A stretch of 64,000 nucleotides of DNA from Auanema rhodensis (Eukaryota > Animalia > Nematoda): the NCBI GenBank assembly GCA_964057225.1, contig OZ059896.1, positions 4,898,001 to 4,962,000 of the forward strand. Direction: 5' to 3'. Both the position numbers and the translations under genes were made by a program. This document shows positions 28,301 through 42,949 of the stretch, in pieces. Positions within the stretch are counted from its first letter, which is position 1, and every line of letters starts with the position of its first letter. The notes beneath the pieces were generated by a model that was given only the letters and a program-made list of their open reading frames with translations, had not been told where the DNA came from and did no database searches.

Positions 28301-31300
28301 GACTTTGAAATTTACGTGAACTTTAATTTATGCTAATTAAATGTACACGTGATGTGCACTTGGTATGTAACTCGCTTCACGTGAAAGATAAAGAGATGCG
28401 GTTTTTAAAATTAGATTCTCCATGTCCATATTAGTCTAAAAACAAATTTTTATTGATATTGGTGTATGGTAACCATGAGTTTGAAATTTACGTGAACTTT
28501 AATTTATGCTAATTAAATGTACACGTGATGTGCACTTGGTATGTAACTCGCTTCACGTGAAAAATAAAGAGATGCGGTTTTCAAAATTAGATTCCCCATG
28601 TCCATATTAGTCTAAAAACAAAATTTTATTGATATTGGTGCATGGTAACCATGACTTTGAAATTTACGTGAACTTTAATTTATGCTAATTAAATGTACAC
28701 GTGATGTGCACTTGGTATGTAACTCGCTTCACGTGAAAGATAAAGAGATGCGGTTTTCATAATTAGATTCCCCATGTCCATATTAGTCTAAAAACAAAAT
28801 TTTATTGATATTGGTGCATGGTAACCATGACTTTGAAATTTACGTGAACTTTGATTTATGCTAATTAAATGTACACGTGATGTGCACTTGGTATGTAACT
28901 CGCTTCACGTGAAAGATAAAGAGATGCGTTTTTCAAATATAGATTCCCCATGTCCATATTAGTCTAAAAACAAATTTTTATTGATATTGGTGCATGGTAA
29001 CCATGAGTTTGAAATTTACGTGAACTTTAATTTATGCTAATTAAATGTACACGGGATGTGCACTTGGTATGTAACTCGCTTCACGTGAAAGATAAAGAGA
29101 TGCGGTTTTCAAAATTAGATTCCCCATGTCCATATTAGTCTAAAAACAAAATTTTATTGATATTGCTGCATGGTAACCATGACTTTCAAATTTAAGTGAA
29201 CTTTAATTTATGCTAATTAAATGTACACGTGATGTGCACTTGGTATGTAACTCGCTTCACGTGAAAGATAAAGAGATGCGGTTTTGAAAATTAGATTCCC
29301 CATGTCCATATTAGTCTAAAAACAAATTTTTATTGATATTGGTGCATGGTAACCATGACTTTGAAATTTAAGTGAACTTTAATTTATGCTAATTAAATGT
29401 ACACGTGATGTGCACTTGGTATGTAACTCGCACGTGAAAGATAAAGAGATGCGGTTTTCAAAATTAGATTCCCCATGTCCATATTAGTCTAAAAACAAAA
29501 TTGTATTGATATTGGTGCATGGTAACCATGAGTTTGAAATTTACGTGAACTTTAATTTATGCTAATTAAATGTACACGTGATGTGCACTTGGTATGTAAC
29601 TCGCTTCACGTGAAAGATAAAGAGATGCGGTTTTCAAAATTAGATTCTCCATGTCCATATTAGTCTAAAAACAAATTTTTATTTATATTGGTGCATGGTA
29701 ACCATGAGTTTGAAATTTACGTGAACTTTAATTTATGCTAATTAAATGTACACGTGATGTGCACTTGGTATGTAACTCGATTCACGTGAAAGATAAAGAG
29801 ATGCGGTTTTTAAAAATAGATTCTCCATGTCCATATTACTCTAAAAACAAATTTTTATTGATATTGGTGTATGGTAACCATGAGTTTGAAGTTTACGTGA
29901 ACTTTAATTTATGCTAATTAAATGTACACGTGATGTGCACTTGGTATGTAACTCGCTTCACGTGAAAGATAAAGAGATGCGGTTTTCAAAATTAGATTCC
30001 CCATGTCCATATTAGTCTAAAAACAAAATTTCATTGATATTGGTGCATGGTAACCATGACTTTGAAATTTACGTGAACTTTAATTTATGCTAATTAAATG
30101 TACACGTGATGTGCACTTGGTATGTAACTCGCTTCACGTGAAAAATAAAGAGATGCGGTTTTCAAAATTAGATTCCCCATGTCCATATTAGTCTAAAAAC
30201 AAAATTTTATTGATATTGGTGCATGGTAACCATGACTTTGAAATTTACGTGAACTTTAATTTATGCTAATTAAATGTACACGTGATGTGCACTTGGTATG
30301 TAACTCGCTTCACGTGAAAGATAAAGAGATGCGGTTTTCATAATTAGATTCTCCATGTCCATATTAGTCTAAAAACAAATTTTTATTGATATTGGTTCAT
30401 GGTAACCATGAGTTTGAAATTTACGTGAACTTTAATTTATGCTAATTAAATGTACACGTGATGTGCACTTGGTATGTAACTCGCTTCACGTGAAAGATAA
30501 AGAGATGCGGTTTTCAAAATTAGATTCCCCATGTCCATATTAGTCTAAAAACAAAATTTTATTGATATTGGTGCATGGTAACCATGACTTTGAAATTTAC
30601 GTGAACTTTAATTTATGCTAATTAAATGTGCACGTGATGTGCACTTGGTATGTAACTCGCTTCACGTGAAAGATAAAGAGATGCGTTTTTCAAAATTAGA
30701 TTCCCCATGTCCATATTAGTCTAAAAACAAATTTTTATTGATATTGGTGCATGGTAACCATGAGTTTGAAATTTATGTGAACTTTAATTTATGCTAATTA
30801 AATGTACACGTGATGTGCACTTGGTATGTAACTCGCTTCACGTGAAAGATAAAGAGATGCGGTTTTCAAAATTAGATTCCCCATGTCCATATTAGTCTAA
30901 AAACAAAATTTTATTGATATTGATGCATGGTAACCATGACTTTGAAATTTAAGTGAACTTTAATTTATGCTAATTAAATGTACACGTGATGTGCACTTGG
31001 TATGTAACTCGCTTCACGTGAAAGATAAAGAGATGCGGTTTTCAAAATTAGATTCCCCATGTCCATATTAGTCTAAAAACAAATTTTTATTGATATTGGT
31101 GCATGGTAACCATGAGTTTGAAATTTACGTGAACTTTAATTTATGCTAATTAAATGTACACGGGATGTGCACTTGGTATGTAACTCGCTTCACGTGAAAG
31201 ATAAAGAGATGCGGTTTTCAAAATTAGATTCCCCATGTCCATATTAGTCTAAAAACAAAATTTTATTGATATTGGTGCATGGTAACCATGAGTTTGAAAT

Positions 31301-34300
31301 TTACGTGAACTTTAATTTATGCTAATTAAATGTACACGTGATGTGCACTTGGTATGTAACTCGCTTCACGTGAAAGATAAAGAGATGCGGTTTTTAAAAA
31401 TAGATTCTCCATGTCCATATTACTCTAAAAACAAATTTTTATTGATATTGGTGCATGGTAACCATGAGTTTGAAATTTACGTGAACTTTAATTTATGCTA
31501 ATTAAATGTACACGTGATGTGCACTTGGTATGTAACTCGCTTCACGTGAAAGATAAAGAGATGCGGTTTTCAAAATTAGATTCTCCATGTCCATATTAGT
31601 CTAAAAACAAATTTTTATTGATATTGGTGCATGGTAACCATGAGTTTGAAATTTACGTGAACTTTAATTTATGCTAATTAAATGTACACGTGATGTGCAC
31701 TTGGTATGTAACTCGCTTCACGTGAAAGATAAAGAGATGCGGTTTTCAAAATTAGATTCCCCATGTCCATATTAGTCTAAAAACAAAATTTTATTGATAT
31801 TGGTGCATGGTAACCATGACTTTGAAATTTACGTGAACTTTAATTTATGCTAATTAAATGTACACGTGATGTGCACTTGGTATGTAACTCGCTTCACGTG
31901 AAAGATAAAGAGATGCGTTTTTCAAATATAGATTCCCCATGTCCATATTAGTCTAAAAACAAATTTTTATTGATATTGCTGCATGGTAACCATGACTTTC
32001 AAATTTAAGTGAACTTTAATGTATGCTAATTAAATGTACACGTGATGTGCACTTGGTATGTAACTCGCTTCACGTGAAAGATAAAGAGATGCGGTTTTGA
32101 AAATTAGATTCCCCATGTCCATATTAGTCTAAAAACAAAATTTTATTGATATTGGTGCATGGTAACCATGACTTTGAAATTTACGTGAACTTTAATTTAT
32201 GCTAATTAAATGTACACGTGATGTGCACTTGGTATGTAACTCGCTTCACGTGAAAGATAAAGAGATGCGGTTTTTAAAAATAGATTCTCCATGTCCATAT
32301 TACTCTAAAAACAAATTTTTATTGATATTGGTGCATGGTAACCATGAGTTTGAAATTTACGTGAACTTTAATTTATGCTAATTAAATGTACACGTGATGT
32401 GCACTTGGTATGTAACTCGCTTCACGTGAAAGATAAAGAGATGCGGTTTTCAAAATTAGATTCTCCATGTCCATATTAGTCTAAAAACAAATTTTTATTG
32501 ATATTGGTGCATGGTAACCATGAGTTTGAAATTTACGTGAACTTTAATTTATGCTAATTAAATGTACACGTGATGTGCACTTGGTATGTAACTCGCTTCA
32601 CGTGAAAGATAAAGAGATGCGGTTTTCAAAATTAGATTCCCCATGTCCATATTAGTCTAAAAACAAAATTTTATTGATATTGGTGCATGGTAACCATGAC
32701 TTTGAAATTTACGTGAACTTTAATTTATGCTAATTAAATGTACACGTGATGTGCACTTGGTATGTAACTCGCTTCACGTGAAAGATAAAGAGATGCGGTT
32801 TTTAAAATTAGATTCTCCATGTCCATATTAGTCTAAAAACAAATTTTTATTGATATTGGTGTATGGTAACCATGAGTTTGAAATTTACGTGAACTTTAAT
32901 TTATGCTAATTAAATGTACACGTGATGTGCACTTGGTATGTAACTCGCTTCACGTGAAAAATAAAGAGATGCGGTTTTCAAAATTAGATTCCCCATGTCC
33001 ATATTAGTCTAAAAACAAAATTTTATTGATATTGGTGCATGGTAACCATGACTTTGAAATTTACGTGAACTTTAATTTATGCTAATTAAATGTACACGTG
33101 ATGTGCACTTGGTATGTAACTCGCTTCACGTGAAAGATAAAGAGATGCGGTTTTCATAATTAGATTCCCCATGTCCATATTAGTCTAAAAACAAAATTTT
33201 ATTGATATTGGTGCATGGTAACCATGACTTTGAAATTTACGTGAACTTTGATTTATGCTAATTAAATGTACACGTGATGTGCACTTGGTATGTAACTCGC
33301 TTCACGTGAAAGATAAAGAGATGCGTTTTTCAAATATAGATTCCCCATGTCCATATTAGTCTAAAAACAAATTTTTATTGATATTGGTGCATGGTAACCA
33401 TGAGTTTGAAATTTACGTGAACTTTAATTTATGCTAATTAAATGTACACGGGATGTGCACTTGGTATGTAACTCGCTTCACGTGAAAGATAAAGAGATGC
33501 GGTTTTCAAAATTAGATTCCCCATGTCCATATTAGTCTAAAAACAAAATTTTATTGATATTGGTGCATGGTAACCATGACTTTGAAATTTAAGTGAACTT
33601 TAATTTATGCTAATTAAATGTACACGTGATGTGCACTTGGTATGTAACTCGCACGTGAAAGATAAAGAGATGCGGTTTTCAAAATTAGATTCCCCATGTC
33701 CATATTAGTCTAAAAACAAAATTGTATTGATATTGGTGCATGGTAACCATGAGTTTGAAATTTACGTGAACTTTAATTTATGCTAATTAAATGTACACGT
33801 GATGTGCACTTGGTATGTAACTCGCTTCACGTGAAAGATAAAGAGATGCGGTTTTCAAAATTAGATTCTCCATGTCCATATTAGTCTAAAAACAAATTTT
33901 TATTGATATTGGTGCATGGTAACCATGAGTTTGAAATTTACGTGAACTTTAATTTATGCTAATTAAATGTACACGTGATGTGCACTTGGTATGTAACTCG
34001 ATTCACGTGAAAGATAAAGAGATGCGGTTTTTAAAAATAGATTCTCCATGTCCATATTACTCTAAAAACAAATTTTTATTGATATTGGTGTATGGTAACC
34101 ATGAGTTTGAAGTTTACGTGAACTTTAATTTATGCTAATTAAATGTACACGTGATGTGCACTTGGTATGTAACTCGCTTCACGTGAAAGATAAAGAGATG
34201 CGGTTTTCAAAATTAGATTCCCCATGTCCATATTAGTCTAAAAACAAAATTTCATTGATATTGGTGCATGGTAACCATGACTTTGAAATTTACGTGAACT

Positions 34301-35850
34301 TTAATTTATGCTAATTAAATGTACACGTGATGTGCACTTGGTATGTAACTCGCTTCACGTGAAAAATAAAGAGATGCGGTTTTCAAAATTAGATTCCCCA
34401 TGTCCATATTAGTCTAAAAACAAAATTTTATTGATATTGGTGCATGGTAACCATGACTTTGAAATTTACGTGAACTTTAATTTATGCTAATTAAATGTAC
34501 ACGTGATGTGCACTTGGTATGTAACTCGCTTCACGTGAAAGATAAAGAGATGCGGTTTTCATAATTAGATTCTCCATGTCCATATTAGTCTAAAAACAAA
34601 TTTTTATTGATATTGGTTCATGGTAACCATGAGTTTGAAATTTACGTGAACTTTAATTTATGCTAATTAAATGTACACGTGATGTGCACTTGGTATGTAA
34701 CTCGCTTCACGTGAAAGATAAAGAGATGCGGTTTTCAAAATTAGATTCCCCATGTCCATATTAGTCTAAAAACAAAATTTTATTGATATTGGTGCATGGT
34801 AACCATGACTTTGAAATTTACGTGAACTTTAATTTATGCTAATTAAATGTACACGTGATGTGCACTTGGTATGTAACTCGCTTCACGTGAAAGATAAAGA
34901 GATGCGTTTTTCAAAATTAGATTCCCCATGTCCATATTAGTCTAAAAACAAATTTTTATTGATATTGGTGCATGGTAACCATGAGTTTGAAATTTATGTG
35001 AACTTTAATTTATGCTAATTAAATGTACACGTGATGTGCACTTGGTATGTAACTCGCTTCACGTGAAAGATAAAGAGATGCGGTTTTCAAAATTAGATTC
35101 CCCATGTCCATATTAGTCTAAAAACAAAATTTTATTGATATTGATGCATGGTAACCATGACTTTGAAATTTAAGTGAACTTTAATTTATGCTAATTAAAT
35201 GTACACGTGATGTGCACTTGGTATGTAACTCGCTTCACGTGAAAGATAAAGAGATGCGGTTTTCAAAATTAGATTCCCCATGTCCATATTAGTCTAAAAA
35301 CAAATTTTTATTGATATTGGTGCATGGTAACCATGAGTTTGAAATTTACGTGAACTTTAATTTATGCTAATTAAATGTACACGGGATGTGCACTTGGTAT
35401 GTAACTCGCTTCACGTGAAAGATAAAGAGATGCGGTTTTCAAAATTAGATTCCCCATGTCCATATTAGTCTAAAAACAAAATTTTATTGATATTGGTGCA
35501 TGGTAACCATGAGTTTGAAATTTACGTGAACTTTAATTTATGCTAATTAAATGTACACGTGATGTGCACTTGGTATGTAACTCGCTTCACGTGAAAGATA
35601 AAGAGATGCGGTTTTTAAAAATAGATTCTCCATGTCCATATTACTCTAAAAACAAATTTTTATTGATATTGGTGCATGGTAACCATGAGTTTGAAATTTA
35701 CGTGAACTTTAATTTATGCTAATTAAATGTACACGTGATGTGCACTTGGTATGTAACTCGCTTCACGTGAAAGATAAAGAGATGCGGTTTTCAAAATTAG
35801 ATTCTCCATGTCCATATTAGTCTAAAAACAAATTTTTATTGATATTGGTG
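22350..35850 (-). repeat. 25-monomer higher-order repeat (4397 bp), about 3 tandem copies; third copy is a 24-mer (4221 bp)
   Basis: Marker spacing is 4397 = 25x176-3: ORFs 22525/26922/31319 and 23405/27802/32199, CACGGG variant 22369/26766/31163, 3-bp deletion ~25034/~29431. It then drops to 4221 (29735 to 33956; 31319 to 35540). Confidence 0.92.
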
Positions 35851-38800
35851 TATGGTAACCATGAGTTTGAAGTTTACGTGAACTTTAATTTATGCTAATT
35901 AAATGTACACGTGATGTGCACTTGGTATGTAACTCGCTTCACGTGAAAGATAAAGAGATGCGGTTTCCAAAATTAGATTCCCCATGTCCATATTAGTCTA
36001 AAAACAAAATTTTATTGATATTGGTGCATGGTAACCATGACTTTGAAATTTACGTGAACTTTAATTTATGCTAATTAAATGTACACGTGATGTGCACTTG
36101 GTATGTAACTCGCTTCACGTGAAAGATAAAGAGATGCGGTTTTCATAATTAGATTCTCCATGTCCATATTAGTCTAAAAACAAATTTTTATTGATATTGG
36201 TTCATGGTAACCATGAGTTTGAAATTTACGTGAACTTTAATTTATGCTAATTAAATGTACACGTGATGTGCACTTGGTATGTAACTCGCTTCACGTGAAA
36301 GATAAAGAGATGCGGTTTTCAAAATTAGATTCCCCATGTCCATATTAGTCTAAAAACAAAATTTTATTGATATTGGTGCATGGTAACCATGACTTTGAAA
36401 TTTACGTGAACTTTAATTTATGCTAATTAAATGTACACGTGATGTGCACTTGGTATGTAACTCGCTTCACGTGAAAGATAAAGAGATGCGTTTTTCAAAA
36501 TTAGATTCCCCATGTCCATATTAGTCTAAAAACAAATTTTTATTGATATTGGTGCATGGTAACCATGAGTTTGAAATTTATGTGAACTTTAATTTATGCT
36601 AATTAAATGTACACGTGATGTGCACTTGGTATGTAACTCGCTTCACGTGAAAGATAAAGAGATGCGGTTTTCAAAATTAGATTCCCCATGTCCATATTAG
36701 TCTAAAAACAAAATTTTATTGATATTGATGCATGGTAACCATGACTTTGAAATTTAAGTGAACTTTAATTTATGCTAATTAAATGTACACGTGATGTGCA
36801 CTTGGTATGTAACTCGCTTCACGTGAAAGATAAAGAGATGCGGTTTTCAAAATTAGATTCCCCATGTCCATATTAGTCTAAAAACAAATTTTTATTGATA
36901 TTGGTTCATGGTAACCATGAGTTTGAAATTTACGTGAACTTTAATTTATGCTAATTAAATGTACACGTGATGTGCACTTGGTATGTAACTCGCTTCACGT
37001 GAAAGATAAAGAGATGCGGTTTTCAAAATTAGATTCCCCATGTCCATATTAGTCTAAAAACAAAATTTTATTGATATTGGTGCATGGTAACCATGACTTT
37101 GAAATTTACGTGAACTTTAATTTATGCTAATTAAATGTACACGTGATGTGCACTTGGTATGTAACTCGCTTCACGTGAAAGATAAAGAGATGCGGTTTTT
37201 AAAATTAGATTCTCCATGTCCATATTAGTCTAAAAACAAATTTTTATTGATATTGGTGTATGGTAACCATGAGTTTGAAATTTACGTGAACTTTAATTTA
37301 TGCTAATTAAATGTACACGTGATGTGCACTTGGTATGTAACTCGCTTCACGTGAAAAATAAAGAGATGCGGTTTTCAAAATTAGATTCCCCATGTCCATA
37401 TTAGTCTAAAAACAAAATTTTATTGATATTGGTGCATGGTAACCATGACTTTGAAATTTACGTGAACTTTGATTTATGCTAATTAAATGTACACGTGATG
37501 TGCACTTGGTATGTAACTCGCTTCACGTGAAAGATAAAGAGATGCGTTTTTCAAATATAGATTCCCCATGTCCATATTAGTCTAAAAACAAATTTTTATT
37601 GATATTGGTGCATGGTAACCATGAGTTTGAAATTTACGTGAACTTTAATTTATGCTAATTAAATGTACACGTGATGTGCACTTGGTATGTAACTCGCTTC
37701 ACGTGAAAGATAAAGAGATGCGGTTTTCAAAATTAGATTCCCCATGTCCATATTAGTCTAAAAACAAAATTTTATTGATATTGCTGCATGGTAACCATGA
37801 CTTTCAAATTTAAGTGAACTTTAATTTATGCTAATTAAATGTACACGTGATGTGCACTTGGTATGTAACTCGCTTCACGTGAAAGATAAAGAGATGCGGT
37901 TTTGAAAATTAGATTCCCCATGTCCATATTAGTCTAAAAACAAATTTTTATTGATATTGGTGCATGGTAACCATGACTTTGAAATTTACGTGAACTTTAA
38001 TTTATGCTAATTAAATGTACACGTGATGTGCACTTGGTATGTAACTCGCTTCACGTGAAAGATAAAGAGATGACGTTTTCAAAATTAGATTCCCCATGTC
38101 CATATTAGTCTAAAAACAAATTTTTATTGATATTGGTGCATGGTAACCATGACTTTGAAATTTACGTGAACTTTAATTTATGCTAATTAAATGTACACGT
38201 GATGTGCACTTGGTATGTAACTCGCTTCACGTGAAAGATAAAGAGATGCGGTTTTCAAAATTAGATTCCCCATGTCCATATTAGTCTAAAAACAAATTTT
38301 TATTGATATTGGTTCATGGTAACCATGACTTTGAAATTTACGTGAACTTTAATTTATGCTAATTAAATGTACACGTGATGTGCACTTGGTATGTAACTCG
38401 CTTCACGTGAAAGATAAAGAGATGACGTTTTCAAAATTAGATTCCCCATGTCCATATTAGTCTAAAAACAAATTTTTATTGATATTGGTTCATGCTAACC
38501 ATGACTTTGAAATTTACGTGAACTTTAATTTATGCTAATTAAATGTACACGTGATGTGCACTTGGTATGTAACTCGCTTCACGTGAAAGATAAAGAGATG
38601 CGGTATTCAAAATTAGATTCCCCATGTCCATATTAGTCTAAAAACAAAATTTTATTGATATTGATGCATGGTAACCATGACTTTGAAATTTAAGTGAACT
38701 TTAATTTATGCTAATTAAATGTACACGTGATGTGCACTTGGTATGTAACTCGCTTCACGTGAAAGATAAAGAGATGCGGTTTTGAAAATTAGATTCCCCA

Positions 38801-41800
38801 TGTCCATATTAGTCTAAAAACAAATTTTTATTGATATTGGTGCATGGTAACCATGACTTTGAAATTTAAGTGAACTTTAATTTATGCTAATTAAATGTAC
38901 ACGTGATGTGCACTTGGTATGTAACTCGCTTCACGTGAAAGATAAAGAGATGCGGTTTTCAAAATTAGATTCCCCATGTCCATATTAGTCTAAAAACAAA
39001 ATTGTATTGATATTGGTGCATGGTAACCATGAGTTTGAAATTTACGTGAACTTTAATTTATGCTAATTAAATGTACACGTGATGTGCACTTGGTATGTAA
39101 CTCGATTCACGTGAAAGATAAAGAGATGCGGTTTTTAAAAATAGATTCTCCATGTCCATATTACTCTAAAAACAAATTTTTATTGATATTGGTGCATGGT
39201 AACCATGAGTTTGAAATTTACGTGAACTTTAATTTATGCTAATTAAATGTACACGTGATGTGCACTTGGTATGTAACTCGCTTCACGTGAAAGATAAAGA
39301 GATGCGGTTTTCAAAATTAGATTCTCCATGTCCATATTAGTCTAAAAACAAATTTTTATTGATATTGGTGCATGGTAACCATGAGTTTGAAATTTACGTG
39401 AACTTTAATTTATGCTAATTAAATGTACACGTGATGTGCACTTGGTATGTAACTCGATTCACGTGAAAGATAAAGAGATGCGGTTTTTAAAAATAGATTC
39501 TCCATGTCCATATTACTCTAAAAACCAATTTTTATTGATATTGGTGTATGGTAACCATGAGTTTGAAGTTTACGTGAACTTTAATTTATGCTAATTAAAT
39601 GTACACGTGATGTGCACTTGGTATGTAACTCGCTTCACGTGAAAGATAAAGAGATGCGGTTTTCAAAATTAGATTCCCCATGTCCATATTAGTCTAAAAA
39701 CAAAATTTCATTGATATTGGTGCATGGTAACCATGACTTTGAAATTTACGTGAACTTTAATTTATGCTAATTAAATGTACACGTGATGTGCACTTGGTAT
39801 GTAACTCGCTTCACGTGAAAAATAAAGAGATGCGGTTTTCAAAATTAGATTCCCCATGTCCATATTAGTCTAAAAACAAAATTTTATTGATATTGGTGCA
39901 TGGTAACCATGACTTTGAAATTTACGTGAACTTTAATTTATGCTAATTAAATGTACACGTGATGTGCACTTGGTATGTAACTCGCTTCACGTGAAAGATA
40001 AAGAGATGCGGTTTTCATAATTAGATTCTCCATGTCCATATTAGTCTAAAAACAAATTTTTATTGATATTGGTTCATGGTAACCATGAGTTTGAAATTTA
40101 CGTGAACTTTAATTTATGCTAATTAAATGTACACGTGATGTGCACTTGGTATGTAACTCGCTTCACGTGAAAGATAAAGAGATGCGGTTTTCAAAATTAG
40201 ATTCCCCATGTCCATATTAGTCTAAAAACAAAATTTTATTGATATTGGTGCATGGTAACCATGACTTTGAAATTTACGTGAACTTTAATTTATGCTAATT
40301 AAATGTACACGTGATGTGCACTTGGTATGTAACTCGCTTCACGTGAAAGATAAAGAGATGCGTTTTTCAAAATTAGATTCCCCATGTCCATATTAGTCTA
40401 AAAACAAATTTTTATTGATATTGGTGCATGGTAACCATGAGTTTGAAATTTATGTGAACTTTAATTTATGCTAATTAAATGTACACGTGATGTGCACTTG
40501 GTATGTAACTCGCTTCACGTGAAAGATAAAGAGATGCGGTTTTCAAAATTAGATTCCCCATGTCCATATTAGTCTAAAAACAAAATTTGATTGATATTGA
40601 TGCATGGTAACCATGACTTTGAGATTTAAGTGAACTTTAATTTATGCTAATTAAATGTACACGTGATGTGCACTTGGTATGTAACTCGCTTCACGTGAAA
40701 GATAAAGAGATGCGGTTTTCAAAATTAGATTCCCCATGTCCATATTAGTCTAAAAACAAATTTTTATTGATATTGGTGCATGGTAACCATGACTTTGAAA
40801 TTTACGTGAACTTTAACTTATGCTAATTAAATGTACACGTGATGTGCACTTGGTATGTAACTCGCCTCACGTGAAAGATAACGAGATGCGGTTTTCAAAA
40901 TTAGATTCCCCATGTCCATATGAGTCTAAAAACAAATTTTTATTGATATTGGTTCATGGTAACCATGATTTTGAAATTTACGTGAACTTTACTTTATGCT
41001 AATTAAATGTACACGTGATGTGCACTTGGTATGTAACTCGCTTCGCGTGAAAGATAAATAGATGCGGTTTTCAAAATTAGATTCCCCATGTCCATATTAG
41101 TCTAAAAACAAATTTTTATTGATATTGGTTCATGGTAACCATGACTTTGAAAATTACGTGAACTTTAATTTATGCTAATTAAATGTACACGTGATGTGCA
41201 CTTGGTATGTAACTCGCTTCACGTGGAAGATAAAGAGATGCGGTTTTCAAAATTAGATTCCCCATGTTCATATTAGTCTAAAAACAAATTTTTATTGATA
41301 TTGGTGCATGGTAACCATGACTTTGAAATTTACGTGAACTTTAATTTATGCTAATTGAATGTACACGTGATGTGCACTTGGTATGTGACTCGCTTCACGT
41401 GAAAGATAAAGAGATGCGGTTTGCAAAATTAGATTCCCCATGTCCATATTAGTCTAAAAACAAATTTTTATTGATATTGGTTCATGGTAACCATGACTTT
41501 GAAATTTACGTGAACTTTAATTTATGCTAAATAAATGTACACGTGATGTGCACCTGGAATGTAACTCGCTTCACGTGAAAGATAAAGAGATGCGGTTTTC
41601 AAAATTAGATTCCCCATGTCCATATTAGTCTAAAAACAAATTTTTATTGATATTGGTTCATGCTAACCATGACTTTGAAATTTACGTGAACTTTAATTTA
41701 TGCTAATTGAATGTACACGTGATGTGCACTTGGTATGTAACTCGCTTCACGTGAAAGATAAAGAGATGCGGTTTTCGAAATTAGATTCCCCATGTCCATA

Positions 41801-42949
41801 TTAGTCTAAAAACAAATTTTTATTGATATTGGTGCATGGTAACCATGACTTTGAAATTTACGTGAACTTTAATTTATGCTAATTAAATGTACACGTGATG
41901 TGCACTTGGTATGTAACTCGCTTCACGTGAAAGATAAAGAGATGCGGTTTTCAAAATTAGATTCCCCATGTCCATATTAGTCTAAAAACAAATTTTTATT
42001 GATATTGGTTCATGGTAACCATGACTTTGAAATTTACGTGAACTTTAATTTATGCTAATTAAATGTACACGTGATGTGCACTTGGTATGTAACTCGCTTC
42101 ACGTGAAAGATAAAGAGATGCGGTTTTCATAATTAGATTCCCCATGTCCATATTAGTCTAAAAACAAAATTTTATTGATATTGGTGCATGGTAACCATGA
42201 CTTTGAAATTTACGTGAACTTTAATTTATGCTAATTAAATGTACACGTGATGTGCACTTGGTATGTAACTCGCTTCACGTGAAAGATAAAGAGATGACGT
42301 TTTCAAAATTAGATTCCCCATGTCCATATTAGTCTAAAAACAAATTTTTATTGATATTGGTGCATGGTAACCATGACTTTGAAATTTACGTGAACTTTAA
42401 TTTATGCTAATTAAATGTACACGTGATGTGCACTTGGTATGTAACTCGCTTCACGTGAAAGATAAAGAGATGCGGTTTTCAAAATTAGATTCCCCATGTC
42501 CATATTAGTCTAAAAACAAATTTTTATTGATATTGGTTCATGGTAATCATGACTTTGAAATTTACGTGAACTTTAATTTATTCTAATTAAATGTACACGT
42601 GATGTGCACTTGGTATGTAACTCGCTTCACGTGAAAGATAAAGAGATGCGGTTTTCAAAATTAGATTCACCATGTCCATATTAGTCTAAAAACAAATTTT
42701 TATTGATATTGGTGCATGGTAACCATGACTTTGAAATTTACGTGAACTTTAATTTATGCTAATTAAATGTACACGTGATGTGCACTTGGTATGTAACTCG
42801 CTTCACGTGAAATATAAAGAGATGCGGTTTTCAAAATTAGATTCCCCATGTCCATATTAGTCTAAAAACAAATTTTTATTGATATTGGTTCATGGTAACC
42901 ATGACTTTGAAATTTACGTGAACTTTAATTTATGCTAATTAAATGTACA

